Assembly (NCBI RefSeq): GCF_000002075.1 | Contig: NW_004797297.1 | Span: 1,785,323-1,849,322 of the forward strand | Length of the DNA: 64,000 nt | From: Aplysia californica | Lineage: Eukaryota | Direction: 5' to 3' | Shown: piece by piece, positions 40,795-53,100 of the stretch | Layout of the letters: each line of letters begins with the position of its first letter | Numbering within the stretch: the first letter of the stretch is position 1 | Notes under the pieces: generated by a model | Told to the model about the DNA's origin: nothing | Seen by the model: only the letters and a program-made list of their open reading frames with translations | Databases searched by the model: none | Program-made: the position numbers and the translations under genes

Positions 40795-42077
40795 TAAGGG
40801 TGGGCCGACTCCGAGAACTTCCGAACTTTCGACTCCGAACATTTTTGGGCGCGAATTCGTCGACTTCGACTCCGAATTCGAATTCAGGTCAAGATAGCAG
40901 CCAATCAAATTTGAGGAGAGGCAAGGTCAATTCGGTGGGATTCGTGTCAAGTCAAGTCGTTCTCCCTACAGCCGTCGAGTCGAACACGCTGTAGAGAATC
41001 CCGACTCCACGGACCAGTGTAGACAAAGGGGGCGGGGAGGGGGGAGGGGGAAGGAGCAGGGAAGAGGTCACAGAGGTCGGGATTGAGGCAGGCAATGTTT
41101 TCATTGACATCAGGGGAGGGCACCAGTTTGTTTTGAAAGTTATTTGCCCCTCGTTGACAGTACAGCCGCATTCATGTGCGAGGATAATGGATGCAAACAG
41201 GTCATAATAAAAATCAAAGCATAAAATCCCGCAGTCTCGAACTCTAAAGTCAGACCATGCAAATCAAAGCAACAGTCAGCAAGACAGAAGTCTATAAAAA
41301 ATAACAGTAATAGATCTAGATCTAGATTTATATCATAATCAACATTTATTATGACAAGATGAAACATACAAGGTTGAAAACAAACATGGAGTAATGACGA
41401 GAAATGTGACAATGTAAATGTAAGTGCCAGACAGGTCGTAAGAAAATACATGTAGATAGTACAATGAAGAGAAGAAAAGTAGTGAAATGTGTGTGATCGT
41501 AGTGAAAGCCAAAGAAAGAAGGAGGTTGGGATAATCACGGGATTTGAATTTGACGTGAAGATGGCTTGCAATTGTGATTGGTGCAATCAGAGACGCAATG
41601 CTCGTCCGTCACCGTAGTGCGTAAATTTGACCTTGGCCTCTTAGGGCATAACCACCAGCAGAAGGGATTTGTAACTGCTAGCAAATCAGCGCGTTCTAAA
41701 AGCTCATGTGACTTTCATTGAGTCGATGGAATCGTGGGACGGTCCAATTCGAACTCGCTGCTTCCTGCTGAACACAGCGAGGGGAAAATAGAAATAAGAC
41801 ATCGTGTTTTATGATACTTTTCAAACTTATGCATTTTTATTCATTCAAATCTAACTTTTGAGCGTTCAAAAATGTTTCTTGGGTGCAGTTTTGCGTAAAA
41901 TTATTCAGCTTTTAACAAATTAAATATGTTTTCGCTCCTCGTGATCTATTTTCCCCTTGGCTGCCCTAGTTCGGGAATTCGTGTTCGGACTCGTCCTCCT
42001 GCCCAATGTTCGATCTCCGACTCAGACCCCACGAATTCGTCGAATTCCGAATCTCGACTTGACTTCGCCCATGCTTA
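40795..42077. mobile_element. hAT-type non-autonomous element, 1283 bp
   Basis: Ends TAAGGGTGGGCCGA / TCGCCCATGCTTA; perfect 8-bp TSD CTTCCTCT; CGA-rich subterminal motifs. Confidence 0.82.
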
Positions 42078-42662
42078 CTTCCTCTTCCTGTCAAGATGGC
42101 AGCCTCCTTGGGACAAGGTTTGTCCTTAGCCTAAGAGGCCTGAGGCTATAGAATGTAGTTTCTAAAGCTGAAGGAGTAGGAAAGAAAACTACAGTTCTCG
42201 GTCTCACTTTATTTGTTTCATGTTACTGTAGGATTTTAAAAGCTAAATTTGCTTAAATTACAATTGAAATGGGGCTCTTTGGAAATGCAAATTGCCTTCC
42301 CGTTTGTTTACATTTTTTAATGGCCACCTCTATTCTCACCCGGAGTGAGAATAGTGCAGGCGAGTCTTGTGGCTATTCTCACCCGGTGCGCGTTCACCAA
42401 ATTTTGCGTTCACCCTAAACCATAGAATTCTACACTGTGAGGAAAAATTGTAGAATTCTGTGCCGTGAACAAACGTTCCATTACAACTTGTGACAGGTTC
42501 AGGCAATCGTAGCCCGGTTTACGCCCTCCGTGTAGTCGCATGTCTGCTAAAGTCACTTACAAAATTAAAAATAATATAGATCTAGATCAGAGAGAGTTTA
42601 CAGTAACTAGATCTAGCTAGGCCTAGTTTGCGACAGCATTTGGTGCCAAAAAAAAGAAGGCC

Positions 42663-42791
42663 GGCACTATTTCTCCGAACGTTCGGGAAAATAAAGCTAG
42701 GCACTATTTCTCCGAACGTTCGGGAAAATAAAGCTAGGCACTATTTCTCCGAACGTTCGGGAAAGTAAAGCTGGGCACTATTTCTCCGAAC
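42663..42791. repeat. 37-bp tandem repeat, about 3.5 copies
   Basis: GGCACTATTTCTCCGAACGTTCGGGAAAATAAAGCT(A/G). Confidence 0.95.
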
Positions 42792-43606
42792 ACTCTGAAA
42801 TCACATCCTTTCCCGCAAATTTCGGATATTATATAGATCTATAATTATAGTATAGGCCTACCAAAGATTGTTTGTATACAATATGGTTCAATCGGTCCAA
42901 AAAATGTCCGCAGTAAATATTTGTATAAAGAAATGCTACAGTTCCAAGCAGTTTTTCGCTACATATATGACGTGTTGCCTATGAAGGGTGCTGCTCTTAA
43001 ACCTAATAAATGTGTTGTGTTCACTCGGGTGCTATCTAGATCTAGATCTACGGAGGGTTATAAATAACGACACATAGAACTAGCATCTGCGTTTGTCGCG
43101 GCCGCGACCAATCAATTGTGGCTCGATTTTTGGACATTTTTTGGTCCCCGAGTCGGGGAATAAAAGTCAAATTTTAAAAAAATAAAAAATGAAAGAAACC
43201 GAACCTCTTTACTTTTGAAAGAAAGTTCATATAGTATATAGCTTCACTTCATCTCTTTCTCACTTGTTGTCACCACGTTGATTTGTTGAATAAGTTAGTT
43301 ACTTTTATTTTTTCCCTCTTTGTGGTGTTTTATTTTGTTAGTGTGTATTTTTTTCTTTCTTGTTATTGTTCTGATGTGTTGTTTTTTCATCAGTTTTTTT
43401 TGTTGGGGAAAAAGGGAGGGAGGGGGGGGGTGCGGATGTTGTATAGTGTAACATCATTTAATTTTATGTTCCTACTTTCATTAGATTCTAAATACATATA
43501 TACATGTATACAGATTTAAATGTGTTATGTTAGAGCGTTCGTTCCACCAAACCCGATTAGATCTACGTGTACTGACTCTGGCAGGCCCCTTAATGTGTGT
43601 GATTCC

Positions 43607-43706
43607 NNNNNNNNNNNNNNNNNNNNNNNNNNNNNNNNNNNNNNNNNNNNNNNNNNNNNNNNNNNNNNNNNNNNNNNNNNNNNNNNNNNNNNNNNNNNNN
43701 NNNNNN
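43607..43706. other. Assembly gap (others: 47741-47840, 54317-54462, 54924-55023, 57439-57615)
   Basis: N runs; the 100-N gaps are probably placeholders of unknown size. Confidence 0.99.
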
Positions 43707-44203
43707 TCAGATCAGTACAGGAACTTCTAGCAAGAAAAGAAAGACAAGGCCAGGATGCAGAAAGATGAAAGACGGAAGGAAAAAAGATCAAGAGGAAGCA
43801 AAAGCAAGGAGAGAGCAGGAGATGGAGCGTCAGGAAAGAGCTAGAGTTGAGCGAGAGACAAAGAAACAGGAGAAAAAGGAGGCACAGGAGAGGAAGCAAT
43901 TGGAGAGACTGCTAAATAGTAATAGCATGAATGAGGGGAATGGAAAGTAGCAGGGAAAAAGAAGGTATGGTATTGAAAAGTGATAATGACGTGGAGCTTG
44001 GTGTTGATGAGAGGAGATGCAAGCAGTGCAACGAGGAGGAGGGTGACACAAAATGGATCCAGAGTGACCTCTGTGATGCCTGGTTTCACTCTACCAGCTC
44101 CGGCTTGCCATCTGATGCCATTGCCAGGATGAATGAAGACTTACTTTTATCGAAGGCCTACTTTTATTGTAAAAACTGCGTCGGTGGAGTTCTTAAAAAC
44201 TGA
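43707..44203 (+). pseudogene. Second copy of the coiled-coil/PHD fragment
   Basis: ORF translations identical to copy 1 at offset 7902; starts at the gap edge. Confidence 0.65.
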
Positions 44204-47200
44204 GAGAGCAGACACTTTTTTTCCTTCATATAAATAGCAAGCCAGCTGTGTGTGTGTGTGTGTGTGTTATGTCACTGCGTAATATGATAGACGTGTTTAT
44301 GGGCTGTTCTAATTTTGATTGTTCTATGATATTTTCCCTGTATTATTACAAAATGCATTTGCCAATGAGAAAACTAGTCTTTTTTGGTCCATATTTCTTC
44401 ATTGCTGCTAATCCACCAAACTGTAAACATGGTACTATTGCACACTCAACCAGCCCATGTTGCACCTAAACAGACACGTTACCAAACAAACACCACCACA
44501 ACAGGAATTTTAAACTGGTGGGTTTTGTATGGTGGCTACACCGTATAGAGGAGTTCTTTCTAACTCTTCAGGTGAAAAAAATCATGAAGATCCCCCTGAA
44601 ACTTCCAGAGATATCCACAAAAGATTGCTTGCGATATATCGCAGTACCAGACTTTCTAACTTTAGATCTAGATTTCATCGCCGACAGCATGGGCTGAGTG
44701 TGCACTTGTCACTATTTTTTGTGTGTGTACAAAACTAAAATCCTTCATGTGAAAAAAAAATTTGTGATTTCGGAAAGTTTCAGCGTCCTCTTGGCTCACG
44801 GCACAGAATTCTACAATTTTTCTGTCACAGTGTAGAATTCTGTGGTTTAGGGTTGACGCAAAATTTGGTGAACGCGCACCCGGTGAGAATAGCCACAAGA
44901 CTCGCCTGCACTTTTCTCACTCCGGGTGAGAATAGTGGTGGCCCCCCCAAAAAAGTATTCCTGGTAGGTGGTCTGCTAATCTTCAATTTTACTGTGAACC
45001 TTACCACATTAGCCAGTGGATCTATATGTAATATTTTTTTGTAAGAAAAATTTATTTTGACCGGATTGAACTTTGGTGGACCCACCGTGCTTACATGTAG
45101 GACTAGTTGGCAGGCTACGTTCACGGCGCCCTGAATGCAGTTTGCAGGCACTGTTGAAGCTACGTTCACGGCACTCAAGCTTCATTTAGACAGAGCATCC
45201 ACTGCCGGTTTAAGTAAGCCAGTTTCAGAGGTTGAGGTCATATTTTGAGTAATCATGATTAAATTTGTCGTTTCATTTCCTAGGTGTTTTGTATCGGCCT
45301 GGAATATGTCAGCTTATATCATCGTCAAGCTTAAAGTGGCTGTCTGCTGCTGACTGTAGGCTGCACACTTCCAGCCATCTGAAAGTAGATCGTAGGAAAG
45401 ATAGAGATATTATGCAGCATCTTCATTATAGGTGAGTAACATAAATTATATATATAATTATAATTCATAATTGCAAAAGGGAGGGAGGCTAATGAATATA
45501 TATATCCAATGCATACCGGCTCAAGGGATAACCCCTGTGTTGGAAAGACTGCCCTCGGAAGTATCAATGCTCTACGGTTTTTGTTATATTTACCTCATCA
45601 TTTCCTTGCTCTTTTTCTTTTCTCTCTTCTCCTGTCTGTGAAATTGTACAAAAACAAACAAAATCTCTCATTTTATTAAAGCTCATGAAGTGAACTTATG
45701 GATTATATTGCTGCCACAAGAAACATGCGTAATTCCAATGATTTTAGTCACCCTGTAAAATGCAGGTGTCACATTCTAGGCCTATTGGCTGCATCCAGCC
45801 CGGCTAACACTTATATTGTGCCCACGAGAGAATTTTAGGAGTCCATCCTAAGAATCTCCATAACACAGAACTTCATTCCAGACATAAACAAATTTGTTGC
45901 CAAGAAAATATGTCATACACACATCCTGCTCTGACAAATTGGCATAAAAAAATTGGCATGCATTGATTTGTTATTATTTTTATTTTAACTTTTTATCTAT
46001 TTTTATTCATATCATTGTTTAAATTTAAATAAGATTTAGTTTTCCTTTGTTTATTTAGTTTGGCCTGCAACCTTAAGAGTATTTTGACTTTGGCCCCTTG
46101 AGCTATTTGAGTTAGACAACACTGTTGTAAAGCAAGGTAATTTTTCTAGCAACAGTGTTCTATTTTAAGTGATATAATGAATGAACGTAGTGGAGTTCAC
46201 TTAAACTGATCTGCGGGACCACAGGATTTTTTTTGGTTTAGAGAGGGTGCTCAAACAGAAGAGCAAAATCTAGGATTTTCTTTTCTTTTGGTCTACCACT
46301 TTTTCAGATCAACCATGTTCTGTTTAAGGAGACTTCTCTGTTTTTTCTAATTAGTGATGCAGAAATAATTATTTTTAATCCTCTTGACATTAAAGACCTC
46401 AAATGAAATATAAAAGAAGTACTAGTACTTGTGGTGCTTGTTGCCTTGTACTTCAGGCATTGCTTTTTACAGTTTGATCTTACCGTCTGGAAAGCCATAT
46501 CATGTGTCTCGGGGTATTCGGGTTGCGGAAGGCATGCATCACCCTTAGCCAGGTTGCCTGCTGTCTTGTTTCCTTTTACTCCTGTGTGACCATGTATCGT
46601 CTAATACTTGACCACAATGTTGTAATTGTTGATAAGAAGTGGAGCTACTTGCAGTAAGTTGGTTCATTCATGGCCAGTAGATATCTGCAATATGGTTAGA
46701 GCAGAAGGATCCACAAGAATCCATGATTTCCTGCATACTCCTGTCAGTGTTATGGATTTTTAGTTTCAGCAGGAGAAAATTTTGTTTCAGAGAAAGGAAA
46801 GACTGCCATGTACCTGGAACTTTAATTATCACAAGTTTGTCGATTCTGCGGGAGATGATGGTCTTTCTTCGACCAAGGGAGGGCTAGTTTTCTGTTGAAG
46901 TCTGTTCCACGTTCGCCATGTGTCAATATATTACTTGCAGGAGAGATAGTGCAGAATATCTGTTACATTTAGCTGTTAATGGTTTGTGGTTAAATGTTTG
47001 ATTTTCTTTCACCAGTAGTTGGAAATTTCTTTTTTTTTTAAAGAGGAGGTTTGGAATTTGTTTTGTTTTTTATCTATGGGAAGAATTTTGTTTCCGGAGT
47101 GTACTCAACTAACACCTTTGAGAAGCTTTTTTTTTCTCTGTATGAGTGTCAAAAATGTATTGTTTTACTATTTCTCAGATCTAGTCACAGTCTTAAACTG

Positions 47201-47840
47201 CTGAAACTCTGGTTCGTTTGCATATTTATGAAATCTCCCGAAACTTCTCAGTTATACCAGGATTGCCTAAAAGAAGAACACTTAAAGTCAAAAAGGCCGT
47301 GCTGTGAAAAGGAAAAATCAGCTGCAGCTGAGCATTATTCCCAGCAGAGTCACCAGTTTATACTTCTGTATTATAAATCATAGTGTAACTGTTATTTTTA
47401 CTGTGTTGATTCAACTGGTTTGCACTACAATTTTTGTTCTCCGCAGAGACCACGAGAAAACTCTTAAACACAGAAACACACAGCTTGTAGAATTGCCAGA
47501 TTACTCTTATATTGGTAAGTAAGTCAACTTGCAGACGTGCTTGTCAGTGTATGCCTATTTACTTGCTCAACCATGAGTATCGACTATACTGTAAAGATTG
47601 CATGCCATGCCTTTCTAAGTCTGATGCCTGTCATGCTGTTTTTATAAGATAGATCAATGTGGAGGAGGTTGCTCATATACTTATCATGTTCACATTCATT
47701 TTTCAGATATTTTTGCCCACAAAGATTGAAGTCACCCCCCNNNNNNNNNNNNNNNNNNNNNNNNNNNNNNNNNNNNNNNNNNNNNNNNNNNNNNNNNNNN
47801 NNNNNNNNNNNNNNNNNNNNNNNNNNNNNNNNNNNNNNNN

Positions 47841-48250
47841 CCCCAGGGCAGTGCTACTGACTACTGACTGAAGTGTCTTTAGGCTATTCCAAAGGGGGGA
47901 CATTAACATGTTCTTATGCTCAGTAGAATTGTAAATGGGCTGATTGATCAATGTCATGTTCATAACTGTGCCTGAACTGCATACGGGGAACTGCTGCTTT
48001 TTCTTTCCTAATCCTTACTATCGTCATTTTCCTCTACTTCTTTTGTATGTTTGTCACTCTCTTGTGACCCGCTATTTCCGGGGTTCCTTGATAGTCGCAT
48101 CAGACTTTGTGCTGTTGAAGCTACTGAGGTGAGCAGAGTAAGCTTGATTCCCTGTTTGGATTTCTCTGTTGACATCCACCCCTTGGCGCTCATATGACCT
48201 TATGGAGTTGCGAGCGCCGTAAAAACTCAACTAAAGCTAAAACTAAACTG
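47841..48250 (+). mobile_element. SINE-like repeat, third body type, (AACTAA)-like tail
   Basis: Reverse complement of 16880-17285. Confidence 0.75.
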
Positions 48251-49920
48251 AAGGGTTGAAACAAGAATTTTTGTATTGTAAAATACATAATTTGTCACAA
48301 GGTTTGATATAATTTGAATCAGAAGCTCAATGTTATACAGAGATCATTACCAGAGCATGTGTTTTATGCTTTCCATTTGCACCAAACCAATTGTCAAGAG
48401 CTAGTTTTTGTGACCAGTGTCTGAACTGAAATAGTAAGAAAGATCCAGACTGTTTGAGAGAAGTGTGGATTCCTTAGTATGGTTGCTTTTATAGACAGTC
48501 GTGTAGGCATAATCCAGATAAGTCGGAGATTGACAAGTGTGTTCGGCTCATTCATTATTCAGCTATACTGATGGAACCATGAAAGAGATTTAAGTCGGGG
48601 AATGCCAAATTGTACAAGCTCTATGTGATTCGACTATTTAGTGTTTGTGTTATCTGTTCCCAACTGTATCATGTGGGCAATCTCTTTGGAACACACAGGG
48701 TGTCAGCATGTAGTTTTCAATTAAATCCTTTTATAAAGTTCAGACATTCTAACAAGTTCATGCCATCACTTTTAAAGAATTTGGCTGATTTATTACTTTT
48801 CACAGATACTTGAAGAGCGTTATATTCATATATATAAAACATAATAATTATTAATAATGTACTGTCCCTTGCTCAAACACATTTTGTTATCTCATATGAT
48901 CAGATGGTCGGGCAACAGAATTGATGTTGGGTCAACAGTCGAGACAGCAACGCAACTACTCCATGGCAGTAAGTTTTTATTGAACTATAATCAAAGTTTC
49001 CTCTGTGTAATTGAAAAGAAAGTTTGGATTTGATTTTGCTTGGGGGGGGGTGAGTATGAAGACACCCTTCCACTTAATACAAAAATATCCATTTGTCATA
49101 ACAAACTTGGAGCACTTAACACTGCAAACTGGGTACAGGTATAATGAAGGAAGGAAAGATTTGCAAAGATGTTGCACTAAAATTATGTGTTTGTGTAGCA
49201 TCCTTCACATAACCACTTATCGCCTGTGTTCATCATAAAGTGCCTGATCTGAAACAGACATCAGGGATAATGGTTCTCCATTCGTTTCCCCACTCCTGTG
49301 CTCTCAAAAAACATATATTATCCTGGTGTTTGTGGTAACCAATCTGTTCAGGCTTTCATAATAAGCAGCTCTGGGTCTACCCATGCATTCTATTTTTCCA
49401 GTGAGAGCAAGATGTTCAAAGCCTTTATGTTGATTCAAGTGTCCTAGAAACTACATTTGTTGCTTCCTTATTGTTCTTATTAGTGAGTGAACCCTATGAG
49501 CTTCTTTCAGTTCTGCCTTATTTTATTTCTTTTCCTTCTCTGAAATTCTCAAAAGTCTCCTAAGAAAAAAACAAATTTCTGTTGCTTCTCTTTTATTTTC
49601 ACTCTCTCTATGATGGTAATTGTCCAACATTCACAGTCATAAGGGTTGACCACACAGTGCCCTGTGTCAAGTTTTCAGGATTGGACCTGTGTTAATGTAA
49701 AATTGTTTTACCTTATAAGGGGTCACGACTCCTATTTGTATTCTGTGGCCTCTATCATTTCATTGTATCGAGCTCTGGGATGCTGCTTTCAAAGTTGGTT
49801 TTTTTTATAGTGCTTCTGTGAGAAATTGTTTTAGAATACCTTTAAAACCATAAAACAATGCTTTTGTTATTGTCTTTTCAGCTGATTATAACTCTTGGCC
49901 CAGTATTACCGTTTATATAT

Positions 49921-50102
49921 ATAAGCCAAACCAAAAATGTTTTTGAAAAATTTGTTTTCTTTATCCTCATTGTTTGACGAGCGTCAGATTTCACTACGAT
50001 ATATATATATATAGATATATATATCGTAGTGAAATCTGACGCTCGTCAAACAATGAGGATAAAGAAAACAAATTTTTCAAAAACATTTTTGGTTTGGCTT
50101 AT
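49921..50102. repeat. 182-bp palindrome (perfect 88-bp arms, AT-repeat centre)
   Basis: 49921-50008 is the exact reverse complement of 50015-50102. Confidence 0.97.
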
Positions 50103-53100
50103 CTCCTTTTGTGTCCTTTTAAAAACACATCTCTGTGTGGTTTTACTGAAAAATATTAAGCAAAGACGCCAAAAAATGTAAATGTGCAGTTTCCAAGAAC
50201 AGTCAAGCTTTGGAAGTCACTAGGTTTTGACGACCATTTTCTAGCTAATTTTACATCTGACACCAGGTGACTCACATTCCTTCAATTGATAATATCTGGA
50301 CTCCTATTCAAGATAAACAGGTTTTTTGACTGTACCAATGATACTCCATATGCCTGAAAATTGACATGCGCCTGATTCCGTCGTGTTGTTACATATAGGT
50401 TGACTTCAATGAACAAATGAATATATTGTATGCAGATTTTGAAAACTTTTTTATTCAACAGCACTAGTGGTGACTCATAAGCATGCATCTTCAAGTCTCA
50501 TAGCAGTTTTATTAATTAACTGTTCTGAGTGACCCCTTTTTTTGTGGCTAACTTAGTTTCTTTTTCTGTTGCATATAAGTTTATAGCAGTACTTCATGAA
50601 AAGCAAGAATTGTTATTCTGCATGTATTGGGAGGAAGGTGAGGGGGGGGGGTATTGATTATGCTTAATTAACTTAATTATTTATAGGGTCATCGTTTTAT
50701 CATTCATGGTGGTAGGAATTTGAGCAAGTTGAGGGGTTGCGTCATTTACTGTACATATATTATTATGTCTGTCTGGGCATTTTACAGGAGCAACAATAAT
50801 GTGGGCACCACATCCATGTATTGTGTAACGTCTAGTCCAATAACAAGACTTTTTCATTATGCCCTACATACTGATATATGGAATTTGTGAACCAGATACG
50901 TGTAGGAAAAGTTTAGTCATCCATTTTTTTCTGTCAACATTTTCAGTGGATATATATATTAGAAAGGAGTATTTTTCCTTTGGGAAGATGGCGTGATGGG
51001 GGTCTCTGTCTGTTTATGAAGACATTTTTGTTGTTGTTTTTTTTCTCCTCAGAAAAAGGTTGTTCAGTTGGTGGAGGAGATGAAGTTTGCACAGACACAC
51101 TACATGGATGTGAAAACTAGTAAGAAACAGAAAATCCAAGAACGATTTGACTCAAGATTGAAATCGAAAACGCTGGACGAATGATCGTAGTTGCATCCTT
51201 GTTTGTAGTCTTTTTCTATGATAGAATGTTTGCACAGCATTGTGATATTGCACATTAACATTGAAAATAAAATACATTTCATTAATATAAATATCTGTCG
51301 TGAGTTGTCTTTTTTGTTGCTTTGGGCTTCAGTAAGTCGGAGTAGTAAGCAGCCTGACTGGAGGATTGGGTTTGAATGCTTGCCCTTATAATTTTGTTTT
51401 AGTAAGAATTTTATAACACTTGCAACATGGTCATAATTTAGTCATGTTAGTGCCGGAGATCAGAGGTCATAGTGTTACAAGAAAGTAATGAACACAAAAA
51501 GGGAGTATAAGGACAATAGACGTTTGATAAGAAAGAAGGAGCAAACCAAACCAGACCACCTGCCCTTGTAGTTTATATTTTTATGGAGCAGCATTTTGTG
51601 CCAAATGCTGCCTCAGGATTGGTCATGGATTGGACTTGTAGAAATCAGATCCTGATTTGGATCAGAATTTTCTCTTGATTTTTTTAATTATTTCGGTTTG
51701 GAGGGATGGGGGACTGCCTTTTCTTTTAATGAGAAGCTATAGTGTACTCTGTTCCGATGGATATTATATTCCTTAACCACATACATTCTGTTCCTTAAGA
51801 AAAAGTCAAAGTACAACAGTCAAACTATGGAAGAATTATAACGTCGTATTCTGTTTCATAAGATGTAGTTTTACATCCCCATCAACACAGTTAGATTATT
51901 TAGGAGGTGGACTGCTTTGACCTGAGCTGAGAGAGATGCGATGTTCCTGCAAACAGGCAGAGATACTTAATTTAAAAACCCTCCCCACAAAGGAATTGAA
52001 CTCGTGTCTTCTGTGTATGAAGGCAAAGCACTAAATCACTACCCAACAGTTGCTGCTTTTTTTTCTGTTTTGTTATTTTTTAGTTCTGAAACATGGGAGT
52101 TCAAGAATGCTCCACTTGGGGAGCACAACAGGGTCATTCTGCAAGATGCCAACAAAACATCATGGCTCACATAAAACTTTTAAAAGCTCACGTGTGAGCC
52201 ATGATGTCATCTGGCCGTGATGTAACTAGTGAAACACGATTTGTTCCATTTACGGCTTTAGATCATTTTTTTTTCTCACCCAATGCTCCTATTCCTGTCA
52301 AATTAATTCAAATAATCTGTACTGTAATAATATAACAAATCATTGGCATTGAAAAAAAGAGAGGGGTGATATCATAGACCTTTTATTCTAAACAGAACAC
52401 TTGAGACAAGACAAAAATATTTGGACTGGGGGGAAGCCTGAACCACAACACAGGAAATAACTGAGTAACACACAAAGTTATAAACACAACCTTTCTTCAA
52501 GAAATCAAACTTTCACATATATCTCCATAGAAATTACACTACGTGAACATACATGATTTCATAGCTAAGAAACAAAAGATCAATACATTGACATGGAAAA
52601 TAATACGTGATGAAGGAATTTTTTAAGGGAGTGCTTATTTAGGCCACATATGGCCTAAATAAGGTAAGGGAGGAGGGTTTAGCTTATTTAGGCCACAGTG
52701 TGGCCTAAATAAGGTCACCCATTTTTTAATGACAGGACCAAAAAAAAGTAGAGGCTGAAGGCTTGGAGGAAGAGGCAGGAAAGAGGAGGCGACAGTTCTT
52801 TCAAAAATCTGAAAGCCATTCAACTTTTTACTCTTCCAATCTTCGTTTTTCACACAACACCAGATGTCCTCTGACCTCATTTATGCAGCAGGCTGTCAAT
52901 GTACCACACTCCAGGTTGCCATGGAATCACAGAAAGCTTGTCTGAAGAAAGTGACACCTGCTCTGACCATAATATGGCTGCCCTGGGATTGTCTCGTATT
53001 GGACATTTCTCAAGCAGATGGTGTGCGGTTCCGGGTTGTATTTGTACGGGCACATCTCTGTCTGACCAATCGTTAGCTTCCTGACGTACCCAAGCACATT

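Larger units (their letters stand above)
42322..44943. mobile_element. Composite TIR element: about 150-bp type-A inverted repeats enclosing a type-B left end, a gap and the PHD module
   Basis: 42322-42470 is the reverse complement of 44797-44943 (repeated CTATTCTCACCCGG motif); 42659-43110 matches 56676-57168. Confidence 0.7.
39330..51290 (+). ncRNA. Putative spliced non-coding transcript divergent from USP10
   Basis: Donor 39720; acceptors before 45284, 47447, 47707, 48806, 49882; donors at 47515 (GTAAGT) and 48969 (GTAAGT); AATAAA 51266-51271 followed by a GT-rich element; T-rich + strand; no conserved ORF seen. Confidence 0.35.

Noticed and set aside
42663-42791. 37-bp palindromic repeats resembling a CRISPR array (also 56680-56845)
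   Set aside because: Units are contiguous with no spacers, there are no cas genes, the context is eukaryotic, and they lie in transposon subtermini
47486-47512. VELPDYS peptide resembling the vertebrate USP10 N-terminal VELPPYS
   Set aside because: Opposite strand to USP10, only 7 residues and no flanking similarity; likely chance
47741-47840. Real 100-bp unknown insert
   Set aside because: Flanked by C-runs matching the homopolymer in other copies of the same SINE-like repeat; likely a placeholder gap
45284-51290. Box C/D snoRNA cluster
   Set aside because: No canonical RTGATGA...CTGA pair with a terminal stem found by eye; H/ACA RNAs cannot be excluded without Infernal
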